Under the pieces are notes generated by a model that worked only from the letters and a program-made list of their open reading frames with translations, had not been told where the DNA came from and made no database searches. The position numbers and the translations under genes were made by a program. Below, piece by piece: positions 44,863 through 58,300 of a stretch of 64,000 nt of DNA; positions within the stretch are counted from its first letter, which is position 1, and each line of letters opens with the position of its first letter. Source of the DNA: the human T2T-CHM13v2.0 reference genome, Homo sapiens; the NCBI RefSeq assembly GCF_009914755.1, contig NC_060929.1, one strand, 5' to 3'.

Positions 44863-45879
44863 AGAAAATAAAACTTAACAAGAATGAGACTAAACACAGT
44901 TCTGCCCTCAAATCTTCCCATACACAATTTTGCTGTCCAGATGTGAGAGCAAACTAATAATTTATGATTATTTCCTAAGATAGCACTGAATTATGCATGT
45001 AAGTACTGTCAGTGAACAGATATTTCAAGATATAACATCAATCTCTACAGGAAGTAAACTTTTCCCTTATTTAATTTTTCTCAAATGCTTTGAATTAAAA
45101 GAAGAATAACACACAGACAATAAGCCATAAAGATACATCTGGTCATACAAATATTTCGAACATATTAACTATATTGTCTATCTGGTTATATAAATATTTT
45201 CAGCATGTTAACTACGCATATGGATATACTTTTACAGGCTCGTACATGTACTCCTCCATATTTAAAAGCTCATTTTCTCCTGGCATTCTCTTCCACTCCC
45301 ACCCTGAGTAAACAAATGCATTTGAGGACAAAGGATTCTAACTGGAATATTCTTTTGTAAAACAGCCTCAAAATCTTCGTCAATGTTGAAGTAAATGATG
45401 CCACCTTAACTGAAGGCTTTGTGGTTTTCAGCTCATTCTGAAGTAAATTTATCTGGATCAAATTGGCAATGTGTTTGTTCTCTCACTAATTGATGGATCC
45501 ATCTTTATTTGATGGGTATATCTGTCCTGTCTCACCCCACCATGATCACCTCTATGTAATATAACAACAGCTAAAACTAGAACAAAGGTCTCCCTATTAA
45601 ATGCTTTATTAGTGAGAGTTTCAACTATCTAACTTAAAGAAACAGTGATGGGAACTTCTTGAAAAAGTTGAAAACATTTAAATTTAGAATGCCCTTTTCA
45701 GGGAAAGGGCATTGTGTTCATGAAATGATGCTTTCTTCTTTTGTTTTCATGTGTGACTTTACTTCATTGTTAATAACAAAGTCATTCATCTTGCTTCCAA
45801 GAAGACAGCCATAGAAATAAACAAGGCAATTAGGAGTGGTGTCAGGGTTGTTTCTTCTTCTTTGTTTTTTCAATAAATA

Positions 45880-47420
45880 AACTTTACTTTTTAAAGCACT
45901 CTTAGGTTCAGAGCAAAATAGGATTTAAAGCACAAAGAGTTCTTCTCACTCCCCTCACCTCCTCAGGCATAGCCTTCCCCACCGTCAACATCTCCCACTA
46001 GAATGATTCATTTTTTAGAATCAATAAACCAACATTGATGCATCATTATCATCAAAAGTCTGCAGTTTACATCAGGGTTCACTCTTTGTGTTGTATATTA
46101 TATGGGTTTGGACAAATGCATAAATGACATATATCCACCATTATAGTATCATACAGAGTAGGTCTACTGCCCCCCAAATCTTCTCTTCTCCCCCTGTTTA
46201 TCCTTCCCTCCCTCCCCGCTGAACCCTAGGTAACAAATTGATCTTTTTACTTTCTGCATAGATTGCCTTTTCCAGAATGTCATACAGTTTGAATTGGAAT
46301 CATACAGTATGTAGCCTTTTCAGATTGGTACCTTTCACTTAGCAATATGCATGTAAGTTCCCTCCATGTCTTTTCATGAATTGATAGCTCATTTCTTTTT
46401 TAAGGACTGAATAGTATTCTGTTGTATTGTTGTACCACAGTTTATCTATTCAGCTGTTGAAAGACATCTTGGTTGCTTCCAAGTTTTGGCAATCATGAAT
46501 AAAGCTGTTATAGACATTCAAGTGCAGATTGTGTGTGTGTGTGTGTGTATGTGTGTGTGTGTGTGTGTGTATGTGTGTGTAAATGTTTAGTTCTTTGGAG
46601 TAAATTCCAAAGAGTGGGATTGCTGGATCATATGGCAAGAGTATGTTTAGTTTTATAAGAAACTGCCAAACTCTCTTCTGACGTGGCTGTACCATTTTGC
46701 ACTCTCACCAGCAGTAAATGAGAGTTCCTATTGCTTCACATCCTCATCAGCCTTTGATGCTGTCATGTTTTTGATTTTGGCCATTTTAATAGGTGGGTTG
46801 TGGCATCTTATCATTATTTTAATTTCTAATTCACTAATAGCAAGATGTTGGGCATATTTTCATATGCATATTTACCATCTCTATATTATTGTTAGTGAGG
46901 TGTCTGTTTAGATCTTTTGCCCATTTTAAAAAATAAAGTTGTTGATTTTGTTACTATTTAGTCCTTTCTTCGTTTGCTCCCTCCCTCCTCTCTCTCTTTC
47001 TTTCCTTCTTTATCTCTCTCTTTCTCTCTCTCTCTTTCTCTCTCCTTCTCTCTCTCCCTCCCTCCTTCCCTCTCTCTCTTTCTCTCTTTCTTTCTTTCTT
47101 TCTGTCTGTCTGTCTCTCCCTCTCTCTCTCTTTCTTTCTCTCTTCTTTTATGAGACAGGGTCTCACTAGCTCACTGTAGCCCCAATCTCCTGGGCTCAAA
47201 CGATCCTCCCACCTCAGCCTCCCAAGTAGCTGGGATTACAGGTGTGTACCACCACTCCCAGTTAATTTTTGTATTTTTTGTACAGACAAGTTTTCACCAT
47301 GTTGCCCAGGCTACTATTTAGTTTTCAGAATTCTTTGTATATTATGAATAAGAGTCTTATTGATACATCTTTTGGAAATACTTTCTCCCAGTCTGTGGCC
47401 TGCCTTTTTATTCTCTCAAC
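45880..47420 (-). mobile_element. L1MB/MC-like 3' end containing (TG)n at 46530-46580 and an Alu
   Basis: TTGCCTTTTCCAGAATGTCATA and CTTTCACTTAGCAATATGCAT. Minus-strand ORF VWQFLIKLNILLPYDPAIPLFGIYSKEL is the ORF2 C-terminus. Confidence 0.85.
46963..47311 (-). mobile_element. 5'-truncated AluJ-like element whose tail has become a CT/GA tract of about 190 nt
   Basis: Alu body 47150-47311; TSD TACTATTTAGT at 46952-46962 and 47312-47322. Confidence 0.82.
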
Positions 47421-48274
47421 TGCTGTTTCTTTTTAAAATTTTACTTTTAAAAAATTCTTCATCATTTAATCATAGGCACTTAAAAAGATGATGACAAAAT
47501 GATAACTGCAGTTCATTAACATAATTCTATCTTAACAACATATGAAGATTCAGACCACCCATTGTTTTGTTGTTGAGTAATACTAAAACATTTTTCCCAC
47601 TTATTCTATTGGAATGATATGGTTGAAAGCTCTTTTTGGAATGTATTAAACTCTTCCTGGGAGGAATGGAGTAGATAGTATTTCCCCATCTGACAGCTGA
47701 GAACTTAGATATTCGGAAGTTAAAAATATGTTCTGACCTTTACTTGGTAAGTGAGAAACCAAACTGATTATCATCTACTTTCCTTTATCAGGTCATTCAA
47801 GTCTATAGAGTTTTCTGGTGTATACAGATTACAGTTGTTTCATTGTGTAACCAATGCTATCAGGTAGACATATGATTCACTTTTGAATGTGCTTTCACTC
47901 CAGGGAATTAAAGGAAGAATAAGAAGCAGAAAGTCATCTGATAAAATAATTTAATCTGTACATGAAATGAGAAAATCATTTTTGAAATACTGACCTGTTT
48001 TTGATGATATAGAACAGTAGGCAAAGAAAAAACAGACTCTGCATGTTATTTTTTAAACAGGTCCAGCATTTAATTGTGCCACAAATATTGGGTGCTTCTT
48101 ATATTAATTGCAAAATTATCTGAATTCCTATGTTTTGTTCTTCAGGCCCTAAATATATGCACGTACATCCACTGACATTTTTCCAGAGGAAAACAATTAA
48201 ACATAATATAAGCTAGGTCATGAAAACATGTACTGCATTTATTTGTGTTTCCTTTTCAGTAATACTCCCCTGGC

Positions 48275-48276
<2 letters not shown>

Positions 48277-48305
<29 letters not shown>
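48277..48305. repeat. (CA)n microsatellite
   Basis: Seen directly. Confidence 0.95.
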
Positions 48306-48307
<2 letters not shown>

Positions 48308-48885
48308 TGAATAGAAAATAAAAAGAACTCTTGTCCTATTTAGCAATTTCCTCACCCCCACCATGCTTTGAAACAGCAAATTCTACTGCCTCAGAAGAGC
48401 AGACTCATCCTTTTTCTCTCTATAGAAAAGGAAAAACAGCTCTCGCTTCTGGCTGAGCTGGGAAATAGCAAAACGCTACATGATGTTCTCCCTCCTACTA
48501 GTGTGCCGCTGCATCTTTTTTCCTCCTTCCTTGAAGCCATTTCATTCACATAGGATGCCTCAGGACCAGTGGTCCTTCATTCATTCATTTATAAAACAAT
48601 TGTAATTTGATACTATTTTGAAATTGTTGATGTGTTTTCCTCTATTGCCTTTCGCAGTGTAAAACCTTCACCCTAGTCCTTCTTTCTATGGGTGATTAAA
48701 AAGACAAAAATAGAAAATTATTTAAAAATGCCAATTTTGGACATGCAAACAGAGTTAAAGAGTAAAACGATAGATGTGTAAGCCAGGCTATTTTCTTGCC
48801 AGATAATTTGCCAAAATTTTCAGTTACAACTCCTGCCCTCTTAAGCATACCAAAGAGCTTAATCTGAAATTCACTTGTAGTATAA

Positions 48886-49193
48886 AGTGGTATTTCTCAA
48901 AATATCTGTGGTGAAGGACCAGCATTTTCTCTCCAGTCCATCAAAGATGAATTATTTTGTACAATACAAGTAAAACTCATTATTGGGAAAATTAAATTAT
49001 AAAAAACAGACATAAAATACAAGCCACAATTATTTATTAGATTCGATAGACAAAAATTACATCGTCAAGTTCCTACAAAAGTATGAAACACATTTCAATT
49101 TTGTACTTAGCTCGTCGTGGAGCACAACAGAGTTTTCTAGATGGCCCCGGCCCACAGACCTCACTTTGAGACCTCACTTTTTCAGTAGCACTG
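48886..49193. mobile_element. Probable hAT-Charlie non-autonomous element
   Basis: Termini resembling AGTGGTATTTCTCAAA... and ...CAGACCTCACTTTGAG/TAGCACTG; family not determined. Confidence 0.45.
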
Positions 49194-50016
49194 AAAAAGT
49201 CACACTTTCACCTATGATGATGAAGCGTCCCTACAATCCCCCAGTTTCCACCTCATCTTCCAATCCCCCCATCTTCCACCTCAGGATACTCCTATATAGT
49301 GTGGATGCTCCTTTAAGAGCCACAAAAGAGGGAAATAGGTAGACTTAAAGGCTGAGAGTAGAGGACAAGCCAATGATCTGGATGGAAGGAGTGTCAGGCT
49401 TGGAAGGCTATAAGGCAATGGGGAGCAAGGGGAGGCCAAGTGAAGCAGGAAGTGCCCCATGGTTCAGATCATGTCAAGAGGGAGGCCGAACTCAGCACTT
49501 CAAGTGTTACAGACATCTGCCTCAGAAGCTATCAGTGACCAGAAGAGCCTGGAATAACACAGTGATACCACAAGGATCTGATGACCTGTCATTTTCCCAC
49601 CCTCCTTTGAGGTCACAGGAGCCATCCCTTTCTCCCTCAAGTACTATTCTTAGGGAAAGAGATAGAGGGAGAGAAAAGGCTGAGAGAATAAAAGATGTTT
49701 TGCAAATGAAAAACTGAGTTTTACATGAAGGAACTACTCAGTTTAACAGATGGACTAAATTTTAACCAGATTAGACCTTCAATTTCCCCAAACCACTCTA
49801 GGGTCACAATCTTGTCTTGCTTTCCAAGACTTTCCTGGTTTTAACACTGAAAATCTTATTCTTGGAGACCCCTCAGTCCTGGGTAAATGGGGACTCTTCT
49901 GCCAGAACTACTAGAAGATGGGGATTTAGGAAGAAGCCCTATCAATTATATATTAAGCAATTGATTTATCATTTATCTGTACATCAGAGTTTTAACATGA
50001 GTTACATTTTGCAATC

Positions 50017-50501
50017 TGTGATAGTTAATTTCAATGTGTCAAACTTGACTGGGCCAAGGGTTGCCCAGTAGCTGGTAAAACATTATTTCTGGGTGTGTTT
50101 ATGGGATTATCATTTGAATCAGTAGACTGAGTAAAAAAGATTGCCCTCACCAATGTGGGCAGGCATTATCCAATCTGTTTAGGGTCTGAACAGAACAAAA
50201 AAGTAGAGGAAGGGCAAATTCACTCTCTGCATGAGCTGAGGCATTCATCTGCTCCTGCTCTTGGATGCTGGCACTACTGCTTCTTGGGCTTTCAGACTCA
50301 GACTGAGACTTTTACCCCATCAGCAACCAGATAATCAGGCCTTTGGAGTCAGACTGAATTACATCAACAGTTTTCTTGATTCTCCAGCTTGCAGATGTCA
50401 TATCATGTGCCTTCTCAACCTCTATAATCATGTAAGCCAATTTCTATAATAAATCTTCTCATATATATAGGTTCTGTTTCTCTGGAGAACTCTAATAAAC
50501 A
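50017..50501 (+). mobile_element. MLT2 (ERVL) solo LTR
   Basis: TGTGATAGTTAATTTCAATGTGTCAAACTTGACTGGGCCAAGG...GGTTCTGTTTCTCTGGAGAACTCTAATAAACA. Confidence 0.85.
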
Positions 50502-51595
50502 GCCCTACTCCAAAATATATACTGAGTGCCTACTATGGCGGGGCAATGAGGTAGGTGCTGGTAACACAATAGTAAACAAGATGGATGTGATCTCTGCCCT
50601 CGTGGGAGCTCCATACCATTAGGACTTTCTTCTCTCTGGTTAGTATATGTTTCAGAGTCAAGCCTGAAATGGAAAAGGAAGATAAAGTGTAAACGTAAAT
50701 ATCATCTTTTTATAAGAATCACTCCCCAACTTCATTCCATAACACTTTCATTTGTCACATTGCTCTATGTGCTCTATGTGCATTTTTGCTTAAAGTCCAA
50801 TCAATTACACTATTGATAGCTATGTACTATGAATAAATAGATCACTATTTTTTTTAGAAAAACAGTGAAGACTCTTTTTAACTATTGACAGATTTCTTGT
50901 TTACTGAAACAGTATAAAATAAATCCAACAATGTATAAGTGTAAGAAACAAAGAAAAAAATAATTGTATCTGTAATCCTACTTTGACATAACCACCATCA
51001 ATATTTGGGTGATCATCCTTTCAGTTACTTCTTTGTGTATGCATATACAAACACATATATAATTTTAATTAACTAGGATGCAAAGACACAAGCTGGATTT
51101 TTCAGTGGAGTCACTTTTGCCTTTTTATTTTTTACTTGCTTTTTTTCTGACTCCTCCTTCCTTCTTCCCTCTCCATACATGTCATGCTCTGCACTCTCAT
51201 GCTACACAATCTAATAGGTATCTTTCCCCTTTCCAGACTTATCTCTTAATTGCTATAAATTACACAGATTATTTTGATTTTCAATATTTAGTAGCTTAGG
51301 AGTGGGGAGCCCCCTTTTCCCACCAGCCCTAACCTTGGACACTAAAGTAGAAAGGACTCTTCTCCTAGACCATTAACCTCATTTTGTCATGTAATATTAA
51401 AATCTTAGGATATAATCATATAGAATCTGATTCTGTTTTGTCCACTTGTAAGGTCTGTGATTTGGGGCAAGAAGGTTGCTTACTCTCTCCGAGCTTTAGT
51501 TTTCTTGACTCTGATGAATATTAAATAAGATAGTTACATAAGTCACTGAGTTCTCCCATAGATAGTACTCTCATTAAGCACTTGTCAAATTGTGA

Positions 51596-52091
<496 letters not shown>

Positions 52092-52435
52092 TAAGTGAAT
52101 TTGTGATTCTTTAATAAGGTGTTGGCCACTAACTAGCCCAACAGAAGTGAGAACTTACTTTGGCCCTTGTGGGATGTTCCAGAGCCCCTATCTATGCAGA
52201 GACCAGAAGGCAGTGACGACGCTAACTAAAAAGGCCTGGGGCTTGTCATCTACACTCTCCAGGTGTGAATAAAATATTCATACTTGTTCTCACTTAGCAC
52301 TGAAAAAAATTGGATGAGATAGGAGTATTATTTCTATGTTTATACAAAAGAAAATTGAAGCTCAGAGAAGTTAAGTAAATTGCTCGGGCTAAGTCAATTT
52401 TACAGTGGTAGAACTGTAATTTGAACTCAGGCATT

Positions 52436-52876
52436 ACTGTAAACTGAATGTTTGCATCCCCCAAAATTCATATGTTGGGGGCTGTATTTGGAGATGGGGC
52501 TGTATTTGGAGATTGGGCCTCTAAGTAAGTAATTAAGGTTAAATGAGGTCATAAGGATGGGTCCCTCATCCCATAGGAATAGTATTCTTGTGAGAAGAGA
52601 TACCAGAGAGAGATAGCTCACTTGCATGCTCTCTCTCTCTCTCCCCCAAACTCCCTCCCTCTCCCCCTCTCTCCACATGCAGGAATAGAGAAAAAGCCAT
52701 GTGGAACATAACAAGACGGTGGCTTTCTGTAAGCCGGGAAAAGATACCTTATCAAAAATTGAATTGGCCATAACCTTGATCTTGGACTTTAGCTTCCAGA
52801 ACCATGAAAATGGATTTCTTATTTAAGCCACCTAGTCTGTGGTATGTTGTTATGGCAGCCTGAGCCAACTAATACA
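52436..52876 (+). mobile_element. MLT1A/B-like LTR
   Basis: AACTGAATGTTTGCATCCCCCAAAATTCATATGTTG...TTATGGCAGCCTGAGCCAACTAATACA; internal 18-bp tandem duplication GGGGCTGTATTTGGAGAT. Confidence 0.8.
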
Positions 52877-52894
52877 GGCATTGTTCTAGTTACC

Positions 52895-53211
52895 TGTCTT
52901 AGTACATTCAGGCTGCAAAAACAAACATCATAAGCTGGGTGGTTTATAAACAACAAATATTTCTCACAACTCTGAAGACTGGGAAGTCTAAAATCAAGGC
53001 TCCAGCAGATTGAGTGTCTGGTGAGGGCCTGCTTCTTCTTAGACGGTACTTTCTGTGTTCTCACATGGTGAAAGGTGCTAGCTACGTCTCTGGAGTCTCT
53101 TCGATAAGGGTGCCAATCACCACCCAAATGTACCACCTCCTACTAAAAGCACATTGGTGATTAGGTTCTGGCACATGAATTTTGGAGGAACACATCATGC
53201 AGGTCATAGCA
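52895..53211 (-). mobile_element. MLT1A/MST-like LTR nested in the start of an older MLT1 (about 52882-53760)
   Basis: TGTCTTAGTACATTCAGGCTGC...GGTCATAGCA, with near-TSD TTACC/TTAGC; the older LTR continues to GAAAATACAATCTGC. Confidence 0.7.
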
Positions 53212-55010
53212 TTAGCTACTGCCATGTAGTAAATCATTTCAAAATTTAGTGTCTTAAGACAACACAATCATTTTCTCATCTCTCAAAGTTTCTGTGGATC
53301 AGGAACTCTGGAAGGACTTAGCTGGGAAATTATGGTGCTGCCATTCTTGGGGTTGCTGTCAAACTGTGACTGGAAATGGAATAGCTGGTAAATGGTTGGG
53401 CATCTCATTCTCCTTATGTAGGCTCAGGACCTCCCTAGGGGTCTTTCTGCATGGGCTGTTGGAGTGCCTAATAGAATGACAGTCACAGAGTCATTGGACT
53501 GCTTACATGGTAGCTGAAGATATCAAGACTGACTAGTTCAGCTAATAAGGCAGAAGCACTGTTGTCTTTTATGACCTAACCTCTGAAGTCATTTGGTGTC
53601 CCTTCCATTCTATTGGTTATAAGAAATCCATAGCTTCATGAGTTTGAAGGGAAGAGGAACTAGACTCTATGTCTTTATGAGGAAATGGTAAGATTTTAGA
53701 AGGGCATGTAGGATGGGATATCCTTTTGTAGTCATATGTTGAAAATACAATCTGCAATAGACATATATGTATATGTTTGGTTACAGAGATCATGATTTTC
53801 CCATAATAATCTGGTGAGGCTAAAATAGAAACCCTTATCTTGGAGGGATTATCTACTCAGATAGTGTATAGATAAAGGAGATGTGTCATTGTGAGTTTTT
53901 ATGAATGAGCTGAGCTGTGTCCCAGTCCACTTTAAGATAGCTAGGGTCACAGAAGTCATTTTCAAACAGCTGCCCTTAAAGTAACTCTCTTAGCAAAGTC
54001 TTCCAGTGAGGGATTGGGGTCTACTTGGTCAGGTAAAAGAGTCATTCATTTTGTCATAAAGCCAGAGAACTAAAGAGCCCTGAGCATCAGTTAGAACATT
54101 TGTTTGAGGGGATCTGACCCAGGACCAAGCAATGAGCAATTCAGGTTGACCTCAGATTCCCTTCCAGAGCAGAAGACCAGTAAGGGGATAGGGGGATGTG
54201 GGAGGATGGAAAGTGTGGGAATAAGGGGAGTGGTCATGGTATGAGATGGGGGTAGGTGATAGGAAGTCCACAAACTTGGCAGCAGTACACTGCGTAGGAT
54301 ACAGTTGGATGGAAGTGCCTTGCAAAGATACTTAAGAGAACAAATTCTTCAGCAGTAGGACCCAGCAAAGGTAGTAAGAAGGTAATTTTGCTTGATGACA
54401 AAGGAGCCTTGGTTGTCCACACTGGAGGAAAAAAAATCACAAAACCACGTGAGATGATCCAAAGGCTATATCTTGCTCATATTTGCTGATTGATAGAGGA
54501 CTGCCTCTTAGAATGGAGTTTCTGGGCACCCAATTTATCTCAGTTTCTCTTATCTTTGGAATAGGCTTGGCGAAAAACAGATCCTATATGTTCTGTATTC
54601 ACAAAACCTTGCCCCAGCCTTAATTGTATCAAAAATGGAAAAGAATGAAAAAAAAATCACTCTCAAAAGATTTAGACTTAGTTCCCAGAGGAAGCTGAAA
54701 TACTGCTGAGGCTGGTGATTGAAATGTTAATCAAGAACCTAAAATGTTTATTGAGGACCTTGGTGCTCCCTCTGTCAATGTTTTCCCACTAATAGTTATC
54801 AGGGTAAAAGTACCAAGGCTATCAAATAATTCAAGGTAAATCAAGATGATATTAATTCATACAATTTTTGAAAGGCAGAGAGTTTCCTTAAGAAGTTAAG
54901 TATTTTTAAACTGAATCTGACAGGATTGTGGAAATAAACACTGTTAGAGTAAAATGGGATGAATTAAACTGAGTTTCCAGCACCCCTTAACTCTTCCATG
55001 CAACCAGTGT

Positions 55011-55254
55011 TGTCTTAGTCCATTCAGACTTCTATAACAAAATTTCAAAAACTGGATAACTTATAAAGAACATAAATTTATTTCACAGTTCTAGAAGCTA
55101 GGAAATCCAAGATCAAGGCAACAGCAGATTCAGTGCTTAGTGAGGGCCCACTTCCTGGCTCATAGAACAGCATCATCTCAATGTGTCCTCACATTGTGGA
55201 AGAAGCAAGACAGCTCTCCAGGGTTTCTTTTATAAGGGTCCTCATCCTATCATG
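55011..55254 (-). mobile_element. Truncated MLT1A-like LTR
   Basis: TGTCTTAGTCCATTCAGACTTCTATAACAAAAT...TCTTTTATAAGGG, then breaks off. Confidence 0.78.
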
Positions 55255-55386
55255 TAGGATACAGTACACTGGGTGGGATACAGTTGGATGGAAGTGCCTT
55301 GCAACAACACTAAGAGACCAAATTTTCCAGCAGTAGTACCCAACAAATGCAGTAAGAAGAGAATTTTGCTTGATGACAAAGGATCC

Positions 55387-58300
55387 TGAATTAGACTGTT
55401 GTCACGTTGCTAAAAAGAACTACCTGAGAGAGGTAATTTATGAAAAAAAGAAGTTTAATTAAATCATAGTTCCATAAGCTATACAGGAAGCATGGCTGAG
55501 GAGGCCTCAGGATACTTACAATCATGGTGGAAAGTGAAGGGGAAGTTGGCACATCCTACACGGCAGGAGCAGAAGGAAGAGAGCAAATGGGGAGGTTCTA
55601 CACACTTAACCAGATCTCATGAGAACTCACTCATTATCATGAGAACAGCAAGGGGTAAATCTGCCCCATGATCCAATTACCTCCCACCAGGCTCCTCTTC
55701 CAATGCTTGGGATCACAATTCAACATGAGATTTGGTGGGGACACAGAGCCAAACCATATCATTCTGTCCCTGGCCCCTCCCAAATCTCATGTCCTTCTTA
55801 CATTTCAAAACATAATCATGCCTTCCCAACAGTCCCCCAAAGTATTAACACATTCCAGCATTAACTCAAAAGTCCAATTTCAAAGTCTCTTCTGAGACAA
55901 GGCAAGTCCCTTCTGCCTATGAATTTGTAAAATAAAAACCAAGTCAGTTACTTCCAGGATACAATGGGAGTACAGGCATTGGGTAAATGCTCCCATTTCA
56001 AAAGGGAGAAATTGGCCAAAACAAAGGAGTTACAGGCCCCATGCAATTCTGAAACCCAGCAGGACAGTCATTAAATCTTAAGGCTCTAAAATAATCTCAT
56101 TCAAATCCATGTCTCACATCCAGGGTACACTGATGCAAGGGGTGGGCTCCCACGGCCTTGGGCATCTCTGTCTCTGTGGCCCTGCATTGTACATCCCCTG
56201 CAGATATTTTCATGAGCTGACATTGAATGCCTGTGGCTTATCCAGGCACATGGTACAAGCTTTCGGTGGATCTACAATTTTGGGGTCTGGAGGACAGTGA
56301 CCCTCTTCTCACAGCTTCAGTAAGCAGTACCCCAGTGGAGATTCTGTGTGGAGGCTCCAACCCCACATTTCTCCTCCACACTGCCCTGTGAGAAGTTCTC
56401 CATGAGGGCCCTGCTGCTACAGCAGACTTCTGCCTGAACACCCAGGCATTTCCATACATTGTTTAAAATCTAGGCGGAGCTCTGAAACCTCAATTCTTGA
56501 CTTCTGGGCACCCGCAGGCCCAACACCACATGGAAGCTGCCAAGGCTTGGGGCTTGCATCCTCTGAAGCAATGGCTCAAGCTCAAGCTGTATCTTGGCCC
56601 CTTTTGGCCACAACTAGAGCTGGAGCTCCTGGGATGCAGGACACCATGTCCTGAGGCTGCACAGAGGAGCAGGGCCCTGGGTCTGGGTCACAAAACCATT
56701 TTTCCCTCCTAGGCATTCAGGTTGGTGATGGAAGGGGCTGCCAAGAGTGTCTCTGACATGCTCTGGAGGCATTTTCCCCATTGTCTTGGCTATTAACATT
56801 TGGCTCCTCTTTACTTATGCAAATTTCTGTGGCCTTGAATTTCCTCCTTATAAAGTGTGTTTTTATTTTCTACTGTATGACCAGCTGCAAATTTTCCAAA
56901 CTTTGATGCTGTGCTTCTCTTTTAAATATAAGTTCTAGTTTCAGGTCATTTCTTTGTTTATGCAAATGAGTTAGGCTTTTAGAAGTAGCCAGGACACATC
57001 TTGAATGCTTTGCTTCTTAGAAATTTCTTCCACCAGACACCCTAAATCATCTCTCTCATGTTCAAAGTTCCACAGATCTCTAGAGTGAGGGGACAATGCC
57101 ACTCGTCTCTTTGCTAAAGCATAACAAGAGTGACCTTTACTCCAGTTTCTAGTAAGTTCCTCATCTCCATTTGAGACCACCTCAGCCTTGGCTTCACTGT
57201 CCGTATCACTATCAGCATTTTTGGTCACAACAATTTAGCAAGTCTCTAGGAAGTTCCAAACTTTCCCTCATCATCCTGTCTTCTTCTGATCCCTCCACAC
57301 AGTCCCAACCTCTTCCCATTACCCAGCTCCAAAGCTGCTTCCAGATTTTCAGGCATCCTTATAGCATTGCCTCATTCCCAGTACCAATATTCTGTATTAG
57401 TCCATTCTCACACTGCTATAAAGAACTACCTGAGACTGGGTAATTTATGAAGAAAAGAGGTTTATGGCTGCATAGTATTCCCTGGTGTATATGTGCCACA
57501 TTTTCTTAATCTAGTCTATCATTGATGGACATCTGGGTTGGTTCCAAGTCTTTGCTATTGTGATTGTGAATAGTGCCACAATAAACATACATGGGCATGT
57601 GTCTTTATAGCAGCATGATTTATAATCCTCTGGGTATATACCCAGTAATGGGATGGCTGGGTCAAATGGTATTTCTAGTTCTAGATCCTTGAGGAATCGC
57701 CACACTGTCTTCCACAATGGTTGAACTAGTTTACAGTCCCACCAACAGTGTAAAAGTGTTCCTATTTCTCCCCATCTTCTCCATCACCTGTTGTTTCCTG
57801 ACTTTTTAATGATCGCCATTCTAACGGGTATGAGATGGTATCTCATTGTGGTTTTGATTTGCATTTCTCTGATGGCCAGTGTTGATGAGCATTTTTTCAT
57901 GTGTCTGTTTGAAGCTGGAAACCATCATTCTGAGCAAACTATCGCAAGGACAGAAAACCAGACACCACATGTTCTCACTCCTAGGTGGGAATTGAACAAT
58001 GAGAACACTTGGACACAGGGTGGGGAACATCACACACTGGGGCCTGTCGTGGGGTGGGGGAAGTGGGGAGGGATAGCATTAGGAGATATACCTAATGTAA
58101 ATGATGAGTTAATGGGTGCAGCACACCAACATGCCACATGTATACATATGTAACAAACCTGCACTTTGTGCACATGTACCTTATAACTTAAAGTATAATA
58201 ATAAAAAAGAGGTTTAATTGACTCACAGTTCTGCAGGCTGTACAGGAAGCATGGCTGAGGAGGCCTCAAGAAACTTAAAAATTGTGGTAGAAGGCAAAGG

